DNA of 62,746 bases, the filler included, from Rhabdomonas costata (Eukaryota), in NCBI GenBank assembly GCA_019059605.1. It is 33 parts of 33 records of this genome, joined end to end, with 100 filler letters (N's around TTAATTAATTAA, not from the genome) between each part and the next. Parts side by side here need not be neighbours in the genome. Positions count along the whole stretch, not along the records: positions 49,521 to 51,324 come from JAHMHO010008807.1; positions 51,425 to 53,227 come from JAHMHO010008808.1; positions 53,328 to 55,131 come from JAHMHO010008809.1; positions 55,232 to 57,035 come from JAHMHO010008810.1; positions 57,136 to 58,938 come from JAHMHO010008811.1; positions 59,039 to 60,842 come from JAHMHO010008812.1; positions 60,943 to 62,746 come from JAHMHO010008813.1; 26 more parts are not named here. One strand, 5' to 3'. Both the position numbers and the translations under genes were made by a program. This document shows positions 50,593 to 62,746 of this stretch, in pieces; within the stretch, counting starts at the first letter, position 1, and each line of letters opens with the position of its first letter. The notes under the pieces are model-generated. The model was not told where the DNA came from. It saw only the letters and a list, made by a program, of their open reading frames with translations, and did not search any database.

Positions 50593-53500
50593 GGTGGTTG
50601 CGGACGAGAACCCCATCAGCCTCCCCCCGCCCCCTTCCTTCGCAAGTGAGGGAGTGGAGGAGTTATCCGCAGTCGTGTCACAAGGTTTCCGTGCCTCTGT
50701 CGGTGGTTCACCGAAAGGCGGACCATTTTGTGGGATTCCAATTAGCTGAAGGTTCCGCGTGGCAGCGTGTTGCAATTAACACATGGGGAAGTGGGGTTGT
50801 GAGAAAATTGCTGATGAGTGCTTGCCAAAGTAAAGTGGGAAGGAGCTACGCGACACATTTAAGCAACGAAACCGGGGGCAAAAAGGACGTGAGAAAGGAG
50901 AAAGGTTCGCGAAATGTTCCTGTTGCAGGTCAAAGTCTCTGGCCAATTCCGCGAGGTAACCATTCTAGTCCCATTCGTGCCCTTTTTAGAACACGTGGAA
51001 ATCGCATGTTCCATTTCCATGGCACCGGGTACCAACTGCTCTCATTCCACTATTTAAGCGACTCGGAACTGGTAACTCTCAAAATTTCCATGTCAGGGAG
51101 CGAGCACCTCACTTTCCTGGGCCGATCCTGCCCCCACCCCCAACCATCTCCGGACTCACCTGGCAGCCCACGCAGCCATAGCGCTGGCTCACCCTCAGAA
51201 CAAACCCCTCTTCGACGCGTCCGCCTAAAACTTCTGGCCATTCGGGCGCTATCTCAGCCTTCCCGACATGACACGAGCATCCGCCGGGTAGACACCATTC
51301 GGGATCTCGCGATGCGACTCACCANNNNNNNNNNNNNNNNNNNNNNNNNNNNNNNNNNNNNNNNNNNNTTAATTAATTAANNNNNNNNNNNNNNNNNNNN
51401 NNNNNNNNNNNNNNNNNNNNNNNNGGGTGGGGGTAATAGTAACAAGGTGTTTGTGTCTGTATTATTGTGACTGAGATTGGTGCGTTGAGGGCTTCGGCCA
51501 ATGATGGACGCTTAGGGCGTACATGCTGCTCAATGAACCATAAGAACGTAGGCAAACAGCGCTCGCACCCGTAAGCACACACCCGTTTTAGGCGAAGGCT
51601 GCGGCGCTGGGCAGCGGGCGTCCTCCAGTGAAGCGTTTCGGTGTGGGAGCGAGAAACGGCATTGGACCACCCGAGACCTGGTCCTCCCCTGTTGGGTGAC
51701 ATGCATCCTCTCTTCTTTTGTACTGCAGTTACCACTGTATTGTAATGTGTGTACTGTTGTTTTGAAAATAAAAATAAAAATATACTCTCTGTTTTGCTGC
51801 GGGTTTGTGACGCCTAATTTCTTTGGAAGGTGCGTCATCGCAATCGCCGGGAAGTTCTCCTTTGGAGTGCGTCTTTGTCAGTGTGTGCGAGTTCTTGGCA
51901 TTGTGTTGATACAACCCCGTTTTTCGTTGTCAACAATAGGGGGTAGTGCCCGCAGAAGGGCATCGAAAAGATCCCTGTGTTGCCCATTGATGTCATTGAT
52001 GTGGGGCGTTTGTTTGTGTGTGGTTGTTTTTTCCTTTGCTTCGCTTTCCGGATGCCCTTTGTGGCGAGTGCGGAGAGCGGCAGCTTTGGCTGCCCGTACT
52101 ATTCAGAGTGTCAAAACATGCGTTCTTCGAAAAGCCTTTCTTCTGCAGTTTTTGCGGGCGGCGTGCGAGCGGAGGAAATGAGTAAGCGGGTATAAGGTGT
52201 CTGATGTGGGCGCGGGTGAGGTTCCTGGGTTACCACTGTAAAATTCTTGCTCTTGTGGTGTTCAGGCTGGTTGTCGATTTTTGGAAAAAGCGAATTCTAA
52301 GATGAATTCTCAAAATTCACGGCAGTGCGGTGCAGGAGTTCTGTAACGGCTGGGGTTTGGCACAAACCAAACAGTCCACCCAAAACAACGCGAGATCGCA
52401 TGGAATGCGAGCACGGCATGCAGATGAGGAGAAGTGAAGAGGGCACATCGAGCAGTGTGTGGTGTTCATAATTGAGCATCAACCGATGTAAGCAATGGAG
52501 ATGAACGAAAAAGGAAAAGGGGAGTCGGAGAATGGAGAAAAGAACGAGAGGAGAAAGAGAGAGGGCTGCGAAGACACCCAAAGAGAAGGAACTGGGCGAC
52601 ACAAGAGCACCATTCACATGGAATACGGAATTTCTGAACACATAGCTCATCAGAAAAATTGTTTCCGTTGAGGGATCCCTGCATGCGACTGTCAAGGAGT
52701 CCCGCGGGGTTGTCTTTCCTCAGCTTTGGCGAAACAGCCCCATGTCTGCCTGCTTTGCCTGCCATTCGCTGGAGTGCAAGGGTCTTTCCAGTGGGGAGGA
52801 CACTTCCCTTACTGTCCACTTCTCCGGGGGCACCGCTTTCTCCATGATTGCCAGGCATTGCACGGGTGCTCTTGTGCCGAGTGCAGGAGGAGCTTCGCAG
52901 AGCCGCTTGGAGGACGTGGCCGCCCAAGGCGTGGCGAGCGCCACCAGCCCCCATTTCCCGCCGAGGCTGCGTAGGGTTCGGTTCGGGGGCGTCCGCGTGA
53001 AGGAGTTTGAGTCCCATCCAGAGGTACAGCCCTTCTCCCTCCTGTGTCCCATCCCATACACCCTCTTCCACCCACAACAACTCTCATTCAACTCTGCTCT
53101 GCAGAAACTTTTTCTTTTTATTGGACCATTGTACGATGAGCATTTGCTGTTGCTACCGGTGACTTCGTATTGTGGTTGTGGCATGCACACGACGGATGCC
53201 TTTTCAGAGGTTCCACCACAACAAAACNNNNNNNNNNNNNNNNNNNNNNNNNNNNNNNNNNNNNNNNNNNNTTAATTAATTAANNNNNNNNNNNNNNNNN
53301 NNNNNNNNNNNNNNNNNNNNNNNNNNNGGTGGTTTTTTTGTCCCAGCTGGCGCAGCTGCCCTCTTGTGACTGCTTTTTTCTCTGCCGGTCTTTTTACCGA
53401 CGCCATGACGCCCCCGACATTTCCAGCCGTTCTAAGGCCATACCAGGACCAGGGCTACACGACTCACTGTAGCGCGTGTAACACTTTAGCAAATATACTT

Positions 53501-53787
53501 TGGATCTCCTTGCTGAAAATGGGAATCCGATTTATGGCGACGACAGCTTTATCACTGATGGACCTTGTGAAGTTTGTGCTCTAAGTTTGGGGGTGCGCCC
53601 CTCTTCCAGATAATGGATGCGCGCTTTGAGCGCTTAGTAATTTTAGAGACTTGGGCACCCCCCCACACACACACCTTCACATGTCAATCTGGCTGTTTCC
53701 CGATCACTGTACTTCGTGAGTCGGCGAACGTTTTTTTTTGCAGCGGCAGCACATGCCTTTGCTTCGTGGCCGCCCTCGCTTTCGCAG

Positions 53788-54920
53788 CCTCAGGGAATCA
53801 TTGTGGGGATGGTGGGCTACCCCAATGTCGGCAAGAGCAGCACCCTCAACGCACTAGTTGGGTGCAAGCGGGTCACCGTTAGCTCCACCCCGGGCAAAAC
53901 CAAGCACCTGCAGACCATTGTGCTGAGCCCCTTGGTCACGCTGTGCGACTGCCCTGGGCTGGTGTTCCCCAGCTTCGTGGGGACCCGGGAGGAGATGCTG
54001 TGCGACGGAATCCTCTCGCTGGACCACATGAAGGACTGCGTCGCCCCCACAGCGCTGATGATGACTCGGATCCCCACTAGTGTCTTTGAGATGGCCTACA
54101 CCCTGAACCTGGTTGCTCTGTTGCCGGGGTGGGTTGGGATTCCTTCTGAGCAGTGAATGAGACGCTCTCTGACCCTGAAGTTTTGGTCCAGCGTCCACCC
54201 CAGGACTCCCACGATTGCGATTGCAGAAGAGGCAGGTTAATTGTTTCAATCCCATTTTTCAGGCACACTGGCGCCAAAACTGCGTTTGTTCCTGTCCTCT
54301 CTGCCCTCCACCGCACTGTCAGGACTGGGAGCACGACGAGGATTACTCACAGTCTCCCGCTGAGCTCCTGCTGAACCAGTACGCCCGCTTGAAGGGTACA
54401 ATTTGCTAACTTCTGTCAGACCGACGCACCAGGGTTCCAGAGCAACGTCAGCAATTTTAGGCGCAATGATCAGAGTTAAGTGGGACACCCTGTAAAAACG
54501 GCATTGTGGCGTTGATGACCGTCGTTTGCTTGCATCGATTCGCGTTTTCCGTTTGCTGGAGTGTCTTGCACATTCCCGGGCACTCTTTCTATCTTTCTTG
54601 TCTTTGCTGCTTTCGGGGTGGGGGTGGGGGTCTTCGGCTAAAACACTGCCACCTATGATGACCTGCGCATCCTACGTGGTTTCTGCTGGCGTCCCATTTT
54701 TCCTTGTCGGGTGTCTCAGGTTACAGGACGGAGCACAACAAGCCCAACCGCACCAAGGCCGCTCGAGAGCTGCTAAAAGATTACGTCAACGGGAAGCTGG
54801 TCTACGTGCACCCACCTCCAGGGCTAACTGCAGAGGCTTGGAAAAGCCTCAGTGAGGCCGCCGAAACCGCGGAAAAGGCCAAACGTGTGCCCCCAGAAGT
54901 CCCACCCGGGGTGGCGGAAG
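53788..54920 (+). CDS. LSG1: Large-subunit GTPase 1 (exons ~53788-54111, 54323-54395, 54720-54920)
   Basis: VGMVGYPNVGKSSTLNAL...VSSTPGKTKHLQT...LCDCPGLVFPSF and AARELLKDYVNGKLVYVHPPPG, a circularly permuted GTPase of the LSG1 type. Junctions are in phase. Confidence 0.92.
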
Positions 54921-55458
54921 GTGGGCCAATTGGAGGGGTGGGAAGTCTCGGTTTTCCGTCGCTTCCGCAAAACTGCACTTGCTAGTTTCAGCGTCGCAGC
55001 CCGCAACCGCCAAGCATCTCGGCGGCAGTGAAGCGATACTCACCCAAACAAGAGCCACGCACGTACGCACCTGGCATTACTCCCTCGTGCGAAAGCTAAG
55101 TACCCCAACCCAATGATTGCTCAACCACCCCNNNNNNNNNNNNNNNNNNNNNNNNNNNNNNNNNNNNNNNNNNNNTTAATTAATTAANNNNNNNNNNNNN
55201 NNNNNNNNNNNNNNNNNNNNNNNNNNNNNNNGTGTGGTTTGTGAATGTATAATCGTGCGTGAGAACGTGAGACGGTATGAGGCTTGGGCGTGGTCATGCA
55301 GATGCACTTGGGCTACGAAGGCATTTTGGGGGTAGCGTTGGGGACCCTAAAGGAAACTCTACTCTCTGATGATGCATGTAATTCCTTGGGTATGCTCCTT
55401 TGCCTTTGCTTGGACGTCGTTTGTTCACTTCGTTCCTGCGTACTCGGTTGTTTTGCAG

Positions 55459-56443
55459 AAGTACAAGGACATCGGCAATGAGGCCCTAAAGGCGGGGGAC
55501 TTTAACAAGGCCTGCTTCAACTACAAGATCGCGGCGACGTACGTCAAGGATGCCTTTGGCGGACAGTACTGCCCCCCTCCTCCCGCCCGTGCCCATTCGA
55601 TGTGCAAAGGAGAGCGACCAGGAGGCAGGAGGCGGGAGAAATGATATTTCCAAAGCCCCACCCCCTCCGCTTTCCCGTTCCCGGTTGGAGGCTGCAAGGC
55701 TCACAACAATTCGTCCAACATTCGGCTTGATTTGGATGAGTGGGTGGTGCTGTTTTATTTTTGTGTGTGAATGCTTTCGCTGCGCGTGATGCGACGTGCT
55801 GTGCTGTTCTGTCCTTTTGCCATTCCTCTTTCTTCTTCGCTTTGCATTGCTTCTTTTTCTTCTCCCGGTGGTGCGCGTGAGGTTGGGGCCCAACCCAGCC
55901 AGTAGTTTTCAGGTGCTCAGCAAAAGTACTCATCTGGGAGGTAACTGCCATAGTGTACCTAACCCTCTTAGACAGAAATGGAGTCATTTTGAGAGTGCTG
56001 ATATGTTTTACCTGAGGGTTTTTACCTTGTTTGGCAAAGATTTTAAGCCATTTTTTAGCTGCAGCAGTTACCACTAGTTCCGGTAGTTACTTTAGATGAA
56101 TTCGCCATTCACCCTGCTTCCCATTTCACTCGCGTGCAAAAAAAAATACACAGTTGGCAGTGTCAAAGGCGTATAAAGTCTTGAAAACATTGTTTGCACC
56201 GAACCAATGCTTCTTCCTTTGGACAACCTGTCGACCAGCCGAAGTTTTGCATTCGTTGGGCTTTCCGTGGTGACGTTTCACAAATTTAATGTGTGCAGGG
56301 ACCAAGGAGGGGGTGGGGAGAACGAAAAGTTGCTCTCCCTGGCCCGCTCCATGGGCGGCGCGAAGGGCGAGGTCCCGTACACCGAAGGGGAGACCCAGCA
56401 GGCCCGCCAGATGCTGCTGTCGCTGTGGGGAAACCTCTCCCAG
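55459..56443 (+). CDS. TPR protein (TTC9/immunophilin-like TPR), exons 55459-55565 and 56299-56443
   Basis: KYKDIGNEALKAGDFNKACFNYKIA is a TPR helix pair, followed by a loop and QARQMLLSLWGNLSQ, the start of a second TPR. Confidence 0.7.
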
Positions 56444-57497
56444 GTTGACGGTGCCCTCACCCTTTCCCTTGTCCACTCACTCCACAGCCCCTGCTTTCAC
56501 CTCAACCGTCGGTGCAGCTGACGTTGGGGGGGGGGGGACGGGAGCGATACCGATCACCAGTGGTGACAATTTTTCCATGAAGCACAATATTAAAAAGCTG
56601 GGGAAAGGCCTTCAGGTCACATTAGGTCAGCTAACCCCCTTCCACTACAGTAAAGTCACTTTGTTTCTTCGAGTTTGGCAGGAAAGAAGTTGTGCGGTGG
56701 AATCTGTGGTGCACATCACAGTCATCGCCTGGTTCCACTTCTCCATCCTACCCAAAACAAGGGAAACAAGAAAAAGGATAGACTCTCCAGGTGCACAGGC
56801 ACACCAGGCTTTGTTTGATGCGAAGACCCAAGGCGCACGAAGACAAAATGAAAACCCTCACCATCACTCGGCGAGTGCACCAGCATTAATTCAGTCTCAT
56901 ATCCCGCAACGCCACGCTCCTTCCCATACACGCACCGCCTTCCCCCGCATCTTCCGATCCTGATGACACTCACATCGAACAAAGGGAAAAGGACATCCGC
57001 TCACCCAGACCGCACACACACTATTCACACACACCNNNNNNNNNNNNNNNNNNNNNNNNNNNNNNNNNNNNNNNNNNNNTTAATTAATTAANNNNNNNNN
57101 NNNNNNNNNNNNNNNNNNNNNNNNNNNNNNNNNNNTGTGTGGGGGTGGTGGTCCGGATTTTAGGAGCTGAAGGCAGTATTGGAAGATTTTGTCCTAGGTC
57201 GAAGCTTCGAAGCTTCAACCTACTTTGCAGCGGTTGCTTGAAGACTTGGGAGAGCGTGGTGTGGCACGGGGTGAAACAGTGGTCACGTTTAACATGGAAA
57301 TATACACATCTCACACATCTCAGTTTTCACCAAGCTCTGATAAGGTTAGTGTTGGAGTGAGCGCAGGCCTCTGCTTGAAGCTCACACCGCTTCCTACCAC
57401 TTGACTGGTAAGGCTATGACGCCGAACAATGGCTTGCGCAGCCGTTCCCTGCCAGCCTCTGCGGGCTTGGAGCTGCCCAGTAATACAGATTTAGGGC

Positions 57498-58812
57498 CTA
57501 CACCACCGCTTTGCAGATCAGCCCCACCATTTGCTCCAGGAGGGCAGGCTCCATCAAATAAAAGTGGCCCCCCGTGAACTCCATTGTGTCCAATCCCTTA
57601 CTCGTAAACCGGCTCCAAGGGGGCATCGTCGTGCCCATTGGGGGATCCTGCGGAGTCTTATCGGTAGGGCCGCCCCAGCACAGCGTGAACGGGGTCTCCA
57701 GCACCGCCTCTGGAGACCACGCCGTAGTACATGTCTCGTTGGCCTCGTGGTCCGCGCGAAGCACCGCAAGGAAGAGCTGCATCAGCTCAGGCTCGCGCAG
57801 GACGGCCTCCGGGGTGGCCCCCCGCATCAGGGCGAGGATGTCCGCGTTAGGGGCGGTGTAGTAGGGCTTGGCGTATGTGAAGTCAATGGCAGGGCGGCTG
57901 GAAAGAATCACCCGCAGCGGCGCACGGAGCCCACGCGCCTTCGCCTCAAGCGCGGCCAAGTATGCCAGGGCTGCACCGTAGGAGTGTCCCATCAGAACGT
58001 ACGGCTTGTCATCGAGCAAGAAGGAAACCTCATCCAGAAAGCCGACTACCGCCTAGAAAGGAGATATTGCTCTCCTCCTCCTGACGGAGACCAATTTTGG
58101 AACCTTCTTCGGCTTCGCCCTCCACTAAAAAAATCAAAAGTAATTTACAACACCTTAGCATCCGGCGAACGCTGAAAAATCATCATTGGCAAACCGACCA
58201 CCGGGCGAATCACATTCCTCCCTCCACCAGAGAGGCATAGGGGAAAAATGGATTGATGGAGTGGAAAGAGGATGAGAGCGGCACGGTGCAAAGAATGAGA
58301 AGATAAGAGCACAAGCACTTCTCTGGCTTTTCGCAGCAGGGGCTCCTTGACTCTCGCTCCGCGTCCCGGAAGAGACAAGCAGAACGCTTCCAGCCTGGGG
58401 TTCTCGTTGAGCTGCTTCATGAGCGGAAAGAAGGCGCTGGTGCTGCTCCCCGCCTGTGGGAATTATGTGCACGTCCACATCACACCCCAAAGGGAACAAA
58501 CTGAGAGGTAGTGGGAAGGGCGATTCGGCACCATCCAAACGCAGGCCAAATGGGTGCACTGGGGCACACCCCATCCCCAAGCTTTCCCTAGTCAGGCATC
58601 GAAAAACGACATCTTAGTACACGCTGCACAGGCGTGCCAACTTCTTATGGTGCGATTTGCGATTAGTCTCTTGATCCATTCAAACAAGACATAAACAGCG
58701 TGAGTGAGTTTACCTGGGGAAAAAGAAAGACCCGAGCGCTCGCTTCAGGCTTCACCAGCGGACAGGCAATCCACCGCAGGCCGTAGTTGCGCAAGGCTTG
58801 GGCTTGCAACAT
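57498..58812 (-). CDS. Type II thioesterase (GrsT/RifR/OLAH-like), apparently complete (exons 58812-58714, 58453-58319, 58052-57498)
   Basis: RVFLFPQ|AGSSTSAFF, LPGRGARVKEP, GHSYGA (GxSxG), LRAD and GGHFYL motifs. GT-AG phase-0 introns and a TAG stop. The start codon is tentative. Confidence 0.9.
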
Positions 58813-61794
58813 CCGCGTTCCTCCCACAGTACCATGAGCCGAACCTTGGCTTGGAACCACTCCCACGGATGACTGAGTGTGTGGCGAGGGCTTGGGCTTG
58901 GGCTTCAGTGTGCCCCCGGAGCTGTAGTACAACCCCCCNNNNNNNNNNNNNNNNNNNNNNNNNNNNNNNNNNNNNNNNNNNNTTAATTAATTAANNNNNN
59001 NNNNNNNNNNNNNNNNNNNNNNNNNNNNNNNNNNNNNNGTGGTTTTGTACAAAGTGTTGAGGAAGAGGAGCCTCTTGGCCCCCCGAGGCGATCTCGTGGG
59101 GTTTGATTTTCAGGCGAAATGCAGTGTCCTTGTGTTGGAACGGGATCAGGGCTGTTGCGCTTCCATTCCTCCGGGGGTTTCCAGATGCTGTTTCTGTTGA
59201 GAGGCTGCATTTTTGGGCCCTGTGGTGGGTTGCAGGCTGCCTGGCGATGTTTTCGCCCTCGCAAGTATGCGTCCTCCGCTGGTATGCGCGTGTTTCCTAA
59301 GTGTATCATCCGTGTGAACGTGTCTAAACTGAGTGGTTTGGTTTGTGAACCTGTCTGCTGAGAGGAACGGGGGGGGGGTCGAGCAGCTAAATAATAGCCG
59401 GTCCGTTTTGACCAGGATTTTACCAAATGGGTGTGATACCGCTATCCCAATCTGTTTGCCAGATTGAAAGTTGGTTTTGCTATTATTTCTTATTTACAAA
59501 GAGACCATGCCTTACTAGCGCAAGCACGGGGCCCGCACAGCGCGAGCCGAGGCCTCACGAGAAGCTCGCCTCTACGAGGCGTGCCTCATAGTGGGTCGAC
59601 AGCGGACGCCCTGTCGGGGCTGCCAGCTTTTAGCGGGCCAACACTGTGGACCCGGACCCACCCACCCCAGTTCCGTGCGCCATTCCGCCTGTCAAAGTTG
59701 AGAAGGACATCCAGAAAGTTGTTTCCGAAGGTTCTCTCCGACCATCTTGTCTCCTAGTCGACTGTTTTGGGAAGATCCACAAACCGCGGACAGCACAGGA
59801 AAAAATGTCCAAAAAAATCCATAAAGCAGAAGAAAAACGGGCGAACGGAGGTAAGCGCGCGCGTGCCCGAGAGAAAACACAACACAACAAGGAAGGAAGG
59901 AAGGAAGTAGGAGTAGAGAATACATATTTCATGGAGAAGTTGTACCCATTCTGGCCGATGAGGAAAGCTGTTGGGAGAAGAAGCGTCAAAGGAACAACAT
60001 GAACAAGTGGTACACCATAACGGGAACTACACACAAAGACGAGACACGCAGGCATGCACAGAGGAATTTTTTGACGGAAAAAACCGCGGGACATCGGAAA
60101 AGCGTAATGTTTCTTGAGAAAAAAAATAAAACCCCGAAATCGAAAGCAAGAGGCTGCCATGAGTCAACCTCCTCCCTCCTCTTCGCCTCATGCGCCGGGG
60201 TCATGTGATGTAGTTTGGGCATGCGCGCGGGCTATGCCCGTAACGGATGTTCGCGCAACCGGGTACCCAATAGTCACGTTTTCCATCGGGTGATACTGCA
60301 GCACCATTCCGCTGGTGAAAATATGCCCCCGAGTTCCTGTGAGAAAAGCCTCGGCCTCAAGTTTGAGAGCGTTTCATTGCGGAGTATAATCCCGAGGCTT
60401 AAATTCTAGAGCACATTCCCAAAACAAAAGGGGACTGTCAAAGCACGCGGTTCCACGCACTTTTTCCGACTGATAGTAATGGCCCAATTTTTGTCAGTTA
60501 AAAACGGCGATTCATTTGGCAACAACCGCGCGTCCTTTGAATAAGGCTCAGAAAAATTCGCGGTCACGTTCCCATTGATAAATGGGTACAAAAACAAAAC
60601 AGCCAGAACTTTTACGGAACTACCTACCATCCGTGCTCGGTTCTATGCTATCTATGCTCCACGTCCTGTATGTCCTATGGCTTTAAACAAAAAAGATGCA
60701 TACTGGATGTCGCAAACGCACGTATGTCACAGAGATCTGATCAGATTAAACGGCACAGCACTTTTACCAAATGACGAGACGTTGCCGCAAAATCTTCATC
60801 AGTGTGGTTGAAACTAAAGCAGTCTGCAGCCACCAACCAACANNNNNNNNNNNNNNNNNNNNNNNNNNNNNNNNNNNNNNNNNNNNTTAATTAATTAANN
60901 NNNNNNNNNNNNNNNNNNNNNNNNNNNNNNNNNNNNNNNNNNGTGGGGGGGGGTGCAGCGGTAACAGTTACCAGTGATAACAGAAAACTGGCTTGGATTG
61001 TTTTCCGCTAAATTCGCTAAAAACGGTCTTGTATAGTATAGTAGTATGCCAGCACTCTCAAAATAACATCTTAGAGGGTTAGGTATGCATTGCCAGTACC
61101 ACCTAGACGAATGTTTTTCCTTAGCAGCTGAAAACAACTGCTGGCTAAGGGCCCTCCAGTGGGCAGAGGGACGAGGAGGACAATTAGTATAGGGGCAAAG
61201 GCCAACGGCGGCTAAGTCGGGGATGTGACCTCGGGGGCCTTTAACAACTTTGTAAAATATGCTCCCTAGTAAAAATACCAGTGGTACCAGTTACACTTCT
61301 CCCCCCCATTCCATTGCACCGCGTTTCGCGGGCTTCTCGAGCCCACATCACTCCTTGTACTTCCCGCAACTCCCACATCTTCCGAGGCACTCTCCCTTCA
61401 CATACCGCTCAGCCCCTCATAATTTTAGTCCAATGTGTCATACCGACCAGAGATCAGCGGCTGCTTCAGTGTGCCAATTCATGCTCTGGCTCACTGTGCC
61501 AAAAACACAACAAAAGCCGTCGTTAGGAAAGAAAAAGGTCTGCATTACACCAAACGAAAAATGTTTACACTCAGCCAGCACCATATTCAGTTTCGTCATC
61601 CAGCATCTTTCCTTCCGAATTTGCGAACCATTTCCAATCGTTGCCGAAAAGCAATATCTCCAAACCAGGTTAACTACCGAAGCAAAAGATTAACCTTCAT
61701 ACCGAAAGAATCCATTGTCATTGACACGTGACCTTCATTGAATTTTTCATACAAAAATGCACACTATAGAGAACAAATGAGAAAGGTAGCAGAC

Positions 61795-62285
61795 CAGCAC
61801 AAAGTCCACGTTGTTCGTGATCTGCGAGCCACACGCCATCATCAGCTCCAAGTACTCGGCCTGCTCCGAGTTCAGGTCCGTGTCCCCGAGCAACGTGCAG
61901 CACGACAGCAGCGCATTCAGAGGCGTACGGACCTGAGGAGGAAGGGCGGGGGCTGGGGGAGGAAGAACTGCACACGTCATTGGCGGTAATGATTGGAATT
62001 CTTTCCAAGCTGCCATAAATATAAGCAGCAGCACAGAATAGCATGCAAGAAAAAAAGCAATGCATTGACGAGAGAGGTACCTCGTGGGCCAGCTTTGCCA
62101 CGCACCCCGAGCTCTCCCGCAGCCCAACCAGCTCCGCCTCCAGAGACGCCACCTGCTCCCGCAGTCGGGCTGCCTCCGCGCTGGCCTGCCCAACCGCCGC
62201 GGCCACCTGCTCGCTGCTGCACAGCGCCTTCCAGGACATCGTCAGCGCCACCAACGAAGGAATCAACAGCCCAGACACCACGTTC
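61795..62285 (-). CDS. Sensor histidine kinase (HisKA), exons 62285-62081 and 61932-61795
   Basis: A hydrophobic segment and coiled coil are followed by VAKLAHE|VRTPLNALLSCCTLLGDTDLNSEQAEYL, the H-box and helix 2 typical of hybrid kinases. Confidence 0.88.
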
Positions 62286-62746
62286 CTGCAAGCCGTGGGA
62301 AGCGAAGATGGCATGCATGGAAATGAGAATAATTTGGGAATACCAAAAGGGCGGATGCACGACACTCAGGGTTCTTGCAGAAGGAAGGATGGATGACAAA
62401 AGCCGAGGTTCACGGACAGGAATGCCGACAAACAGCACACTGAGAAGAGGAGAAGGAATGTGTTTCAAGTCACCGAAATGCAGAACTCCTGAAATTGGTC
62501 TGCAATGACGCCCCGCCTCTTTGCGCAGGAGCTTGTCGAAAACAAGGGAAGGAATCACAACACGCCCCCTGGGCAGCACACAAATACACAATTGCAGGAA
62601 TTATAAATCATGAAACAACACACGTACAGGACGAACACCAGCGTACCAGGAGAGATCGTCCAAAAAGTCGGGGCGCTGCCACCCCGTCACCCACGCAGAC
62701 ACCCCTCCCACAAGCCCAAGGTACATCCCAATCACCCCACCCCCAC

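Noticed and set aside
1807..60942. Regularly spaced identical TTAATTAATTAA motif resembling a repeat array or CRISPR
   Set aside because: It is embedded in N runs and is an artificial six-frame-stop contig linker.
1..62746. tRNA, rRNA, snRNA, SL RNA genes and euglenid-type non-conventional introns
   Set aside because: None recognised by eye. All protein-anchored junctions fit GT-AG or GC-AG. A covariance-model search would be needed to exclude small RNAs.

Overview
This is not one continuous locus. It is a concatenation of 33 unrelated contigs of about 1.8 kb, joined by a 100-nt artificial spacer (N44-TTAATTAATTAA-N44), so nothing can be inferred from adjacency across spacers. Most contigs start with a G/T-only run and end with an A/C-only run, and some carry terminal fold-backs, which points to whole-genome-amplified, probably single-cell, DNA. 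Most of the DNA comes from an intron-rich, roughly 50% GC microbial eukaryote; a euglenozoan-like identity is only a guess. Recognisable spliced genes are LSm2, importin-5, LSG1, a GT17 glycosyltransferase, a CS/p23-domain protein, a triple-UBZ protein, a TPR protein, a SulP fragment, a histidine kinase, a type II thioesterase, a 5'-nucleotidase-like protein with degenerate metal motifs, and a bacterial-type class III FBPase with spliceosomal introns. Non-standard material includes a decayed Penelope-like retroelement, an intronless decayed USP deubiquitinase, and one very AT-rich, intronless, gene-dense contig that looks like a Mimiviridae-type giant virus. Splice donors are unusually degenerate, with several candidate GC donors. 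I found no multi-gene novel system that the sequence can support. The best leads are single-contig observations, and all family calls come from motif recognition, not database searches.
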